In this document: piece after piece, positions 51,901 through 63,269 of the stretch
Numbering within the stretch: position 1 is the first letter of the stretch
Layout: each line of letters opens with the position of its first letter
Assembly (NCBI GenBank): GCA_973895155.1
Contig: OZ316892.1
Coordinates: 5,612,476 to 5,676,475 of the forward strand
Source of the DNA: Marsupella aquatica
Lineage: Eukaryota; Plantae; Marchantiophyta
Direction: 5' to 3'
Length of the DNA: 64,000 nt
Notes under the pieces: model-generated
Told to the model about the DNA's origin: nothing
The model's input: the letters and a program-made list of their open reading frames with translations, nothing else
Database searches by the model: none
Program-made: the position numbers and the translations under genes

Positions 51901-53570
51901 CGACCAATTGGATGCCTGCATATGGATTATTACGAGTAGGCCGGCGCAACGGATTTATCACCACATCATATGTTACTACCTCTGGCTCCTTGATAGGGGA
52001 ATGCTCCCGTTCTCGTGTTGTCTACGTTGCCAACCTCCTCCCGTGGCGTCGTTTGCTTAGAGGCTCCTCATCCTCCTTCACCTCCTCAAGTGGTGTAGTG
52101 ATCGGCATCCGCTCCTGTATAGGCAACACTGGTGCAAAAGACTAGCTCCTTGCATATTGGCAAAGTAATTGCAGATGGTACCCTAGTTTGGATACCGCTC
52201 CTTCCCCAATGCTCTACTTCTCTTCATTTAATGCTTTCTTCAACTGCATTAAGAGATAGCCATTGTAGTCTCGGTTTGCATCGTTATTCTCCACCAAAAA
52301 CACCTGGGCTTTGCCGATTTCTGCTCTTGGCAAGGTACAATGCAACGTGACTCTCAGGAAATCAATCAGCTGCCCTATATGCGGGTTGGTACATTGATTC
52401 CTGAAAAGCCCATTCTTAGTGGAAGGCCCTGGAAATGACCTGAACTGGTCATCCGTCAACGTCTTCCTCTACTCCACCTTAGTCTTCCTTCCTGCTGGTA
52501 AAGAGAAGACGGCTTTGATAAGCGCAGGTGTTAGTTCGAACACCTTTCCATACAGCAGCGTCGTGTTGGAAGAAGCCTCCCAGCATCCCACGAAGTCCAA
52601 CAGATCCTCATCTGGTATGTCTACCATCCTCCAGGACAACCTGACAAAGCCCTCCAACCCAGTGTCATTCATATATCCTGCATATTTATTATCCTGAACG
52701 GCACTGAAGACCTCATCCTCATCTCTGGAAAACTGTAATTGTAAATCGGCAGGTAACCTGTCCGCCCACCTTGTCATGGTTTTATCCTCTACAGCCCAAT
52801 CTCTAACTGGCCCGGCTTCCGTCTTGATTGGTCTCTCTGACCTAGTTCGCTTTGCCAGAGTTGCGGATGCCGACCTTCCCTTGCGCTTCATCTCTTCAGT
52901 GCCTGAATACTCCCCAAGAATAGCTTCCTTCGTCCACTTTGCAGTGTGACCCTTCAATTCCCAAAGTGGCTGCCTTGCGTTCTTGATATATCGCCTCCCT
53001 AATCCCCACGACCTTATTCTCCCGAATCAGCAATTTGTCAAGCTCCACACTGGTGGGTGTCCACGAGAACTTTTCCAACACCTCCTCCGTATCTACAAAT
53101 GTCGTTTTGTGAATTCCCCACAATCACGCAAGCTCCGCTCGTTCTCTAGCCGCGCGCTCCGGCTCAACGTCTTCATACGTAGGTATCAGCTGCCTTGCTT
53201 CTTCAAGCAAACAGCCCCAGAACTTCCCTACCTGGTTCACCGTGTTCATTCCACTGAATGCCAAGAACTTGCGCAATCTCCCAATCTACCACATGCACTC
53301 GACTGACAGTCGCTCCTCAATGTCGAGACCATGTACACGAGAACACGAAATGGCAGAGTATTGGTCTCTTCACTCCGAAGCTGCCACTTAGGGGTCTTTG
53401 TGATCAAGCCTGGATTAGGTCATAACTCCAACTTAATCCCGCCGGATCTCAACCGTTGGATCTTTCCCTTATCATCTAACACGTAGAAATCGGCATCGTT
53501 CTTTATTGTTACCTTATACCCTATTATTTTAGGCTTAATTATTACTTCGTGATCCTGGCAAGGCATCACA
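48989..53570 (-). mobile_element. Putative 4582-bp LTR containing a long ORF
   Basis: On the minus strand it begins TGTGATGC immediately after a PPT and ends GCACCACA (7/8 inverted match) just before the PBS. No second LTR copy is present in the window. Confidence 0.65.
49791..53330 (-). pseudogene. Decayed ~1100-aa retroelement accessory ORF: PMD-like N-terminal domain plus long coiled coil
   Basis: Consecutive minus-strand ORF pieces (53123-52896, 52957-52469, 52459-52214, 51964-51608, 51538-51047, 51034-50726, 50656-50213, 50222-49911) separated by single stops or frameshifts. LLDFVGCWEASSNTTLLYGKVFELTPALIKAVFSLPAG resembles the plant-mobile-domain core; the C-terminal half is E/K/Q-rich with heptad character. 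The ends are approximate. Confidence 0.7.
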
Positions 53571-53580
53571 CCTACCCCCC
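53571..53580 (-). other. Polypurine tract (GGGGGGTAGG) abutting the LTR start
   Basis: Minus strand reads TTTTT-GGGGGGTAGG-TGTGATGCC. Confidence 0.6.
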
Positions 53581-55319
53581 AAAAACAAAAAACCCCTCAC
53601 CCTGACAAAGAAAAAGAAACAAGGTTGCCTGTTGTTGGGAGTTTGGCCACTTGTCATTCTATTAAAAGAGTTAGAAGAAAATTAATGTCTTTACATTAAT
53701 TTTTTTTTAAACAAACGGGCAAAAGAAAGGGGAAGCCTAGGTGCATGTAGGCATTGTGGGCCAGGCTAGGCACCCCCTCAGCACGGGCTATCACATTGCA
53801 TTGTGAGCGAGGCACCAGGCTACAAAGCACTGTGGGCAATAAGCAAATTGAGAGGTCACCTTTGGGTGGTCCAAACATAAGGAAAATGCCCTTTATATAC
53901 AATGGCTTAGACAGATTAATCCCGTCCAGATCTGCTTTTGTTTAGCTAGCGGACTACTACGCTTAGAAAAGGGCAGGATTGAGTAATATAATTTTTGATA
54001 GAATGCATTGCCACTAAAGATGTGTTTGAGCACTCATCAAAACCTATCACACATAGTATAATATCTAATGCAAAATTTTGTATCTAACTCCTTTTCTCAT
54101 AGTTTCAAATTCTCAAATTAAACCAATCCGATAGAGACCACCAGTTTATAGCACAAGTCATGGCAAATCCAACCAACGACCACCATTCATATGGTACATC
54201 CCAGAAGTAGGTCAAGGACCACCATTGTCTTGTACATGACAAAAACCTACTCAAGTAACAATATCTCTCACATATCTCAAAAGCCACTCAAGGCTCATGA
54301 ACTTCATTATCACTCCCTATGGCAATCCCTGTAATATTCCATTTTGATATTTTAGTTTGCTGCATTGCATTTAGTTAAGATGTAGAAACTAACTATCCAG
54401 TCATGCATCTAAGTAATGGTGGGTAAAAAGAAAGTCTTGCTGAATTTGTGTAAGTGTCACATGGTCAATTTAGCCAGGTTGTTGATTGTTCTCTAGGTTT
54501 TTCACAATGAAACTGTGAGTGTCAAAATTGATCAGAATCATTAACCTAGCTATACTAATCAACTAAGATCACTCACTGATCATCCACTTATAAATGTCAA
54601 GATGAATAGTCAGGATCAGAAAACCACACAAGCAGAAACCAGTTGACAAATACCCATAAATATAGAAAGGCTTTTGTGCTCAACTGCTCTGCATCCACCA
54701 AGGTTGTTGAGTCTAGTACACAAGTGGTCTTAACTCATCTAACTTAAGAGAATTTAACAGCAAACAGTGACATCTTTCTGAGAGCACAAACAGTGGCAAG
54801 TGATGCTCCCGTTGACCAAGCCAATGAATTATGCAACCCCCCTGGCCCATGACACCTTTAGACCTTCACTCACTGACACCATGTCATTTCCAAAAAGTTA
54901 TTGACAGAAACAAATTTGACCTCCAACATCTCCTGTCCTCCAGCAGAATTGGCTACTCTTGGGCTCATTAGAAGCGGCTTGGAAAAATCCAGTCAAATAT
55001 CTCATGAAGAATAATAGAGAGCCTTGTGAATTTCTAAAAGCAATCCATTACTTATTGTCCGCACTTTTTAGCAGGTAACTTTGACATTTAATGTCTCCTT
55101 CGACATCAAATGGAATCTTCTATTCATGGGATTGCTAGAAATTGCTTTGAAAAAATCTTTTGAATTAGTCTAATATAGTAAAATTTCATTGACAATGGAG
55201 ACCTACGAATTCTCAGAGATATATGTCAAGATTGTATTCTTGCCACATTTTTGTCATATGTGTAATCTATACAATATGAGTAGAAATAGGGGTTTGTTGC
55301 AGTCCATCAGAGTTTCAAT

Positions 55320-55620
55320 ATTAATAGCATCTTCATCCTAGAACATGTTTCATCTTTTTGTCTTGTAGTGATGTGTAACTGACTATTGCATAGTATTTGA
55401 TAGGATTGAGTGGGAAAAATACATCACATGCCAAATAAAAATACATGTTAGGCAATGACTAGGAAAAGTATAAGTGCACAAGACAGTACGTCTTGAAAAG
55501 TTATCCACCTCAGGTACAGATCCTCACTTGCTTTCATGACACTTAATAAATCAAAACTTGTGCACATAAGGCAGAGAAGATACTCCCTTGCCTTTGATAA
55601 TGACAATAAGAACCATAAGC
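55320..55620 (-). repeat. Inverted diverged copy of the repeat at ~1400-1800
   Basis: Reverse complement contains cttatggtt, ccttatgtgcacaa, tacttttcct, cccactcaa, atcactacaagacaaaaa and aaacatgttctaggatgaa.atgcta in the same order as 1412-1790. Confidence 0.75.
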
Positions 55621-55678
55621 TTAGTAAATAAATGTTTGAGGACTTAAAGCAGGAGTTGTCCACATCTCAAAGCATCAA

Positions 55679-55704
55679 CTCTCTCTCTCTCTCTCTCTCT
55701 CTCT
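55679..55704. repeat. (CT)13 microsatellite
   Basis: Direct reading. Confidence 0.9.
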
Positions 55705-58700
55705 AGAATTCGCAGAAATTCCATAAAATCTGCTAAAAGGGGTGAATGCACTATATTGAAAACTAAATGTAGTGGGGAAGAGAGGTGCCAAAGTAACCTA
55801 AAATCTGAATTATGCAAGTGATGCACCTTGTTACTGCACATTGAATTGGAAATATATAACCAAACAATTCTTAGTAAGACAAAACACTGAAAGGTGGATC
55901 GGCCATATAGGATATAGCAGTGTCAGAATAATCTATGGTAGAAATAAGGCTTTTTTGCAGTCCATCCGAGTTGAAAATCTCTATCCTAACCTCTCTGCTG
56001 TCCCAGCCTTTTGGCAAAAGTGGAGGTCCATTTGGACTTCCATTTCACAAACAGTGCTTTGAATTTGATAATTGGCTGCCACTATTTAAAAAGAAAACGA
56101 CTTTATAAACTCCCCTCACTGGAAGACTCCACTTTGAGGCAGTCCACTGAATTCTCATTTTGTCACAGTAAATGGACTAGCTTGCTCCAAAAGGAAATTT
56201 AAGAAAGACCTCCATAAGTTGAGATCACTACTTCAGTCACTTAGCCCTTAATTCAGTCCCTTATACACTTTGGTACATTTGGGACTTTAAACTGAGCCAC
56301 CTATGACTGTCCTTCTACTACGGACTTATCCTCTACCTCCTTCTAATGGGCATTAGTTTGGATATTCATACATTGTTCAACGTTATTCGTTTTACTCACA
56401 TTGATTATAGAGCATTCTAGAGCAGACATTTTTGGCTCATGAGTGAAATCATGGTAGAAAAAAACCCTATTTCAGACCACACAAGAATTAGTTAGTGCTA
56501 CTTTTGACCCAAGATCACCCGTTTTCACCAGCACTCTAAACAAGAGTGAAAAACAAAACTATTGTGAAAACCGACAAGAATTAATGTTATTTTGGCCTCA
56601 GACTGCCCCATAGGTCTTGTAAAGCCACCGTTAGTCTTCTTGGGATAAGATCTCGATCATCCAGTTGTATTGGATTTTTGTGATTCTCGGTTTGACAATT
56701 TTGGGGTCAATTTATTCACTTCGACGGTGTGACGATCTGTTCTTAGTGTTTGATATTGTGATACACATTTGGTTCAGAGATCTTAGAAGGCTTCTGGCGC
56801 AGATCGCAGGCTGACCATGGTTCTAGCAGTCCGTAGCAGAAAAGCCTATTGGAGAAGTCCGTGTTAGCATTTTTTAGGCTACGATGTCTACAGTAATACT
56901 CGGAGAGAAGTGGAGCACAGCCAGGGCTCTACTGACATAAAACTATTGTCTATCACTCGGTCCCTCTGTCCAGGGGGGGAAACAAGGGTGGGCATGGAAC
57001 ATTGTCGAAACACAACACGCGACGTTAGGACCTTTGATAATGCAGTACAGTCATGATCTTCTACTGATCGGTGGTTGGTATTCGATTTCAAGCTAGGCCA
57101 AAGGAAAAAGTCATGTCGTGTGAATTGCAGAACTAACAGTTATGCACTTGGATTTCAGGCCTGATGATATACAGAATCAAACCATGACCTGCGTGCACTA
57201 GTGTCAGACAAGGGCTGGCAAACAATGGGAATCAAGTTGACTAACTCTGACAAGATTGAGCCGACTAAGTGTTGACTACATAATCAAGCGTAGCCCACCT
57301 GGACAGGGATCATGATGCCTTGGATCTAGTCTACCACACATCAGCGTTCCCACTTGGGTTTTTCTGGCTTCTTTGCAGGATGGACAGGCTGAACTGTTAC
57401 AAAAAAATCTGGTCATCATTAGATGCGGAGTCCTTTCCCTACATAATTCTAGCTCTCATCACCGAGATATAGTCAAGCATCTTTCTTCGTCTTCAAAGCA
57501 ATTTGTTATCAATAAAAACGCACAGCTTAGAGACAGGCACGGTCAAGTGCAAATAGACAGGTCGTATTTTATCGAAACAATTCCACGGGTGGTAGCCGCC
57601 CTCACTTCATAAATAGAGAGTGAGGGAATAGGGTGTTCACTACGCACTTGATCAACAAATATGGCAGCCAAAAGTCATGTATTCTGATGTGCCCCATTCA
57701 TTTGCTGGCTTTGTAAGTTCCCTTCCCAGAACTGATAGGCAGAACCTGGGTTCACTTTTCGGTTAGGGCCGATGCTTTGGTGTACGAATACAAGTTAACC
57801 TCCCCCAGTGGATGAGGTTGGTGGACGCTATTTCTTGTCCACGAAACGCAGGCAAAAGCCCATAGTGGTTGGACAATCAATGTGCAACCGATGCTGCGGG
57901 CTCGACAACGCCCCTATTCAGAGCATCTCTTTAGTCTGGAGACACGACTTCAAGTTTCACCGCAGTTCTGGTTCTCCAGAGATATTACCATTTTCATAAT
58001 GATTCAATCTCTCGGGATACATCGGTTTGCATTTCACCTCAAACACGTTGCATGAATCCGTCTATTCACAGGATGTCTAACAATTTGAATCAGTAATAAA
58101 ACTTTTCGAGGTCGCAACATTTGTTGTGAGAGTGTTCTACAGTCGTGGTCTCAAGATGGGAGGCGTGATTAAAAACTGTGGAAAAGCCCAAAAAGGTTTT
58201 TGGCACTATCCATCTCTGTTCTCCAATGTCTCACGCAAGCTTAAATCTCAGTTCCTGATGAACCCCAGATCTTGAACTATTCAAGTCCCAGCAGGACCAA
58301 CCACATTTAAAGCTGGCAACCTTCTCCTTTATCAATGAATTTCATCGCAGATTCTCTTAGAGGCCCTACCATGGTTATCCAGATGACAATTGGATGGGAA
58401 ATGGAGTCGGCAATCCATTATATACGGCAGTCTACATAACTCAGATATTCTAAAAAATCCATGAAAGATCGTTCGAGGACGATTTTTAGAGTTGTTATTA
58501 GGAAAGAACTAGAGACTAAACAAACTGGAGACTCGAAATAACTTCAACACTTGAACATCAGGCAAGTTTCGAGACGATTCACTTTCCAGAACAGTACCTA
58601 GAAAGTCAATAGGGAATGATGCCTCGCTAGCTGTGAGTTACTCCAACAATCCTGACAATATTTCTTACTGTGAAGGGTTGAAGTGTCACAAACCCAGAAA

Positions 58701-58839
58701 CCCCAAAACCTATACCCAGGAATGAGTAACTTGGGAAGCATGTATAGCTAGTTGACCCGTTAACAGTGGCTTGCTAGCTCTAAAGCCCCAATTGAAATTA
58801 TACAAAACCAGGTAGCCTTCAGGGTCAACGGACTTATTT

Positions 58840-60157
58840 TCACAATGCATCTGACATCAGGAACGTCCGAATCCGCTGCAACAATTCAGCTTTCACATTG
58901 TCTGGCACCATTGCTGCAGCCAACCATACCACCAACAACATTAAGCCCCTCGCAGTCAGTTCTTCACTTATATGCTGTACCTAAAGTTTTTAGAAGACTG
59001 GCGTGATTGACCACGAAATTACAGGTGACTTGGGGTCTCATTTTTAACATCCCACCTCGGCCTTTAGGGGTGATGTTGCGTACAATGTCGTCCACAGTGA
59101 TGTTTCCTCGCCCCTTTTTCCTTGTGAATGCTCGACATTGGGCTTTGAGTTCGTCTTTCCATCCACATTCGATAAGCCTTTCCCTCAAGAGCTCCTTCAG
59201 CCTCTCCTTCTCGCCACTTTCTATCAACTGCGAACGCAATTTCGTTAAGATCAGCCCGTAGCTTTGAATAAACAAATTTCTGCTCAATTTAGAACTGATG
59301 TACGTCTGTCTCCCACGTGGACGGATTCTGCAAGATTCATCGTCCAGTGCCCATCAAGAATTGGGGCCAACCGGACGAACACCGGATGCCACAGGAATGA
59401 AGGTCACCTTAATATTAATGATCTCTTGAAGCGTTGGCTCGGCTTCCTTGTCTTCATCCGCGTCAGGAGTAGGTGGACGGTTAATTGACGCCCTCCTTCA
59501 ACGACAAACAACACAAAACAATCGGCTATCAAATCCTTCAGCTCTGAACACCACCTTAGTCATTCCAGAACTAATCAAAGGAACGAAGAGACACAGACAA
59601 CGTTGACGACGGGAAGTCTGGTCAGGCAAGGGAGGAGAACCAACCGCGGAGACAATGTCTAACCAGGAAAATCTCATGACCTCCCTAGGACACAATTCGC
59701 CAAAACTAAACGGTAAATGAATTCTACCGTTCTACCTCTATACGAAACAAGACCGCATCGGGCATGTTGCTCGTAGACTCTGGTGATCTGCACCATCCAA
59801 TGATGTAAACCTCCATCGACATTACAACCCCACAGACAGACCCCTAACAAGGGCAACCCCTATCTCAATTTCCCGATAAACCCTAAAGCGGAGACAAGCA
59901 AGCCTCGCACAGACGAGAGACACCGAAAGCTTTCGCAGGCAAAATTCCGAGTCAAAACAATTTCACTCAATTCAAGGGCCTCACATCAAAGCGAGAGACA
60001 GACCCTCACAACAGCAACTCCAATACCACTTTCCAGATAAACCCTAATGCGGAGACGAGCAAGTTTCGGACCGACTCGCAACAACGAACGCATTTCGCAG
60101 GCAAATTACGAGTCAAAGAATCCATTCCTTTCCGTTCCACAGAAGAGAGCCTTACAT
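58840..60157 (-). CDS. ENY2: Transcription and mRNA export factor ENY2/Sus1 (SAGA DUB module/TREX-2), 111 aa
   Basis: Coding exons: AT 60157-60156 (alternative 59986-59985), 59495-59408 (G+RASINRPPTPDADEDKEAEPTLQEIINIK), 59227-59056 (LIESGEKERLKELLRERLIECGWKDELKAQCR...TVDDIVRNITPKGR) and 58913-58840 (AMVPDNVKAELLQRIRTFL). All introns are GT-AG and the total is 336 nt. The first exon is inferred. Confidence 0.93.
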
Positions 60158-60165
60158 CAAAGCGA
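59872..60165. repeat. Diverged ~160-170-bp tandem duplication spanning the ENY2 exon 1/intron 1 junction, each copy with a telo-box
   Basis: gataaaccctaa.gcggagac.agcaag, tttcgcaggcaaa..cgagtcaaa and cct(c/t)acatcaaagcgag each occur twice; AAACCCTAA at ~59878 and ~60038. Confidence 0.8.
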
Positions 60166-61436
60166 GCTGCCGTGCTCCCTGGCGGGCTTCAGGGGCTCAA
60201 TTAATCAGCAAACGAAAAACCTGAGACGGAACCTCGAGCAACGGTCAGAGCCACCACTGCAGAACGAGAGAGCGAGAGGATCGAGAGGAACGTCAAGCCG
60301 AACGATTGAGCTCTCGATGGAAGTTAACTCACGGAGAGAGAGAGAACAGCGGATTGTCGAAAAATGCGCGGGATGCTGTCGACGGAACGGAATCTGGACA
60401 CGACAGAAAACGTGAACCTGGAATGTAATAATAGGGCGTCTCAAACTAACGGTTTCGAGGTTTCCACTTACCAAAATTATGTTGAGGTTCTCACAAACCA
60501 TGACTAACTTTGGTCGAAGAATTGATTAGCAAGAAATGTGTCAGGGCCCTTCAAGAATCTTCAGTGCGCATTGAAAAAGTGATGATGTGTGCTATTCCAC
60601 AATGGCATGGTGTGACCCGTCTCAACGCAAAGCCCGGCAAGGTAAAATTTACCGAAACATAAGTTTCTGTCACAAACAAGAACTCTTGGGTATGCAAGAA
60701 GAACCAAATTTGATTATTTGTGTTTAAGAGAAGGCAAATAAAAAAAGTTAGACCCTGTAATTGCAAAAACAATCAAAAACTAAAAAGTAACATTTCAAGT
60801 CAAGAGAAAAATAAAATAGGGGTGAAACAACAATCTTTTGATTAATTGTGATTGATATATAAATGTTTTCTGGTAAATTATTTTAATTTTCTATTTAATT
60901 TACACTTTTTTTAAATAATGACAAGTAAAAATAAACTCTTCAATTACTTTAATATTTAGTATCAAGACAACATAAGAAACCCAAGAAACTTTTCAACTTC
61001 TCTAACATTTACCAAGATAATTTAAAAAACATATCCATATTAACCAAGTGGTCCTCCAACTTATTTAATATGGATATTTACCAAGATAACTTAAGCATTT
61101 CATTCAAGACAAAAACAGATGAATTCATTTGTATTTTTCGGTTGTGTGTGGTAAAATAGTGGTACCCAAGCAAAGTGGGCTATATCTTGACAGGAAGGAA
61201 ACCAAACGGATCTACTATATTTTAACCCCCTCCCTAGGTCTGTTTCTTCTTATATACAGTGTGGGGAGTTTAGAGCCTGTTGTGAACTTTTAGGTTAAAG
61301 TTGTTTTCTACGTCCTCAACTTCTCTACCACGGCTACTCATCCCCCAGAGGTGACCTCACTTCCTCAATGTACATAGCTCATGGCTAACTGAAATAACCA
61401 ATGGGAAGTACTTCAAACAATTGGGCTGTCATATTA

Positions 61437-61892
61437 GGGCCACTTTACAAGATGAGCACAGCAATTTGAGTACTTTCTACCAGGGCCCTAACAGAGCCCA
61501 ACTTTTTGTGTGCTGTAAGACTCTAGACCAATCCAAGACAGGAATCATAGGAGAAAACGGCCTGCCCATTTTCGCATCTCCGGAGATCCAATAGTCTAGC
61601 ACCCAAATGAGAGTCCCAAGCCGGCTAGCCCGAGCTGGTCCATACCAAAATACAGGTTCGATCATTCCCGTAGCTCAACTTGCCGCGCCAGTCTTCTAAA
61701 GCAAGGAGCACAAAGGCAGGCTAAAACAACAGCAGTGATAGAGTCCCAAGCCGGCTAGCCCGAGCTGATCCATACCAAATGCAGGTTCGATCATTCCCGT
61801 AGCTCAACTTGCCGCCAGTCTTCTAAAGCAAGGAGCACACATGCAGGCTAAAACAACGGCAACAATTGATTGCCCTTCTTGTAAAGTGGCCC
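61437..61892. mobile_element. 456-bp Tourist-like (PIF/Harbinger) MITE with an internal 130-bp tandem duplication
   Basis: Perfect 16-bp TIR GGGCCACTTTACAAGA / TCTTGTAAAGTGGCCC; TTA TSD at 61434-36 and 61893-95; near-identical units starting at 61611 and 61741. Confidence 0.93.
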
Positions 61893-63269
61893 TTAGCTTG
61901 TGGGTGAATGAGGGACTAGTGGGTGGAGAAGAGAGATGATAGGAGAGGGACTGATTGTCACTTCAGCTCATATATGTGCTAGATAGTGCTTCTATTACAA
62001 ATTTGCGTCTCATCATAGAAAAGTGAGAATTGACACTTATGTGCGTATGGAATTCCGCCTACGTGTGAAATCAATCTGTTTGTTTACGACGGCCAAAGTG
62101 ACAAAGCAACGAGGGCTATCGCTTCCGTAACTCATTGACGGTGGGGGATTAGTCCCGAGCGAGAAAATCGGGAGACACTAGTGTCTACCTTACTCCCAAG
62201 TGATGAAATACGCAAAGGTAGGGTCCATAATGCCATATTGTCCCTCTAGGCATTGACAAGCTCAGCACTCCAATCGACACGCTACTGCTCTATTCCCAGC
62301 AGTGGAAAAACTGACCCTTAATGTGAGCAAGGTGACGCCCACCGTCTCTCAAGAAATCCTAGCGAGTTTACCTTGATACAAGTACGCACTCATTCGGAAA
62401 GGAAACTTCAAATTTTAGATCAGATCCATGTTGTTCCGTCCTTCAAATTGAGCTATACCCTCCCAAACAACGACACGAGTATCCTTTATATTGCCTTCGT
62501 TAGTGATTTGCCAAACAGTGGAATAATAATATCCGTCACACCTTCTATCAAAGCTCCCAAGAACTTTGAAATTAAAAGCTTGACTTCGCTTACTCACAAA
62601 GACAGTCTAGCAAAATATGTTGGTAGTGGGCATTCATGAAAATTCGCCAGTTCAGAGGTGGTCTGTGGATTCTATCGAAACTATTGAAGCAAAACGAAAG
62701 GCCGCAACCAATTGGCTCGACACTACAATTTTTTTGAATCAAAACAACGCCGACTGCTCCATGGAGTTGAGAGGTAACTCCACGTCGTCGAATCCGCTTG
62801 GCCCTATGCGAGACTAAAACCAAAAATCAACAGGAAAATCGCCGGCGCTTTGATATATGAAAAACCCACAAACCATTTAAATTCTTAGTTCAAAATTCCC
62901 GGCCGAGCAACCAATAAGGAAGCTCACCTTCCATAGCCTCAGCAAGTTAGCTACGGAGAAGAGGTCAAGGTCTTCAAAAGCTACACGAAAGGAAAAATAC
63001 CGGACACGATTCGGATCAGTCACATCCAACACAACCAGACTGAATAAGCAACAATGCTAATGCGCACAGACAAATCCCAGTGGTGACTAGTCCACATGGA
63101 GTCGTACAAGGGATAAAGATGAAACTGGAATCAACTGCGGCTGTAGTGAATCCGTAGAATTTCATTATAAAAACTTCAGCGAAGGAATTGGCTAACCCTC
63201 GCTATGCAAAAAAAGTCACTCCCGGTACCAAAGGTGTGCAATTTGATAACCTAAATTTCAACTCATCAT

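Noticed and set aside
61655-61810. B-box-like GGTTCGATC and A-box-like TAGCTCAACT in the Tourist MITE duplication
   Set aside because: The boxes are in the wrong order within a unit and no tRNA-like fold is apparent.
62199-62315. C/D box snoRNA candidate (GTGATGA...CTGA)
   Set aside because: No terminal stem or recognisable rRNA guide; such short motifs are expected by chance.
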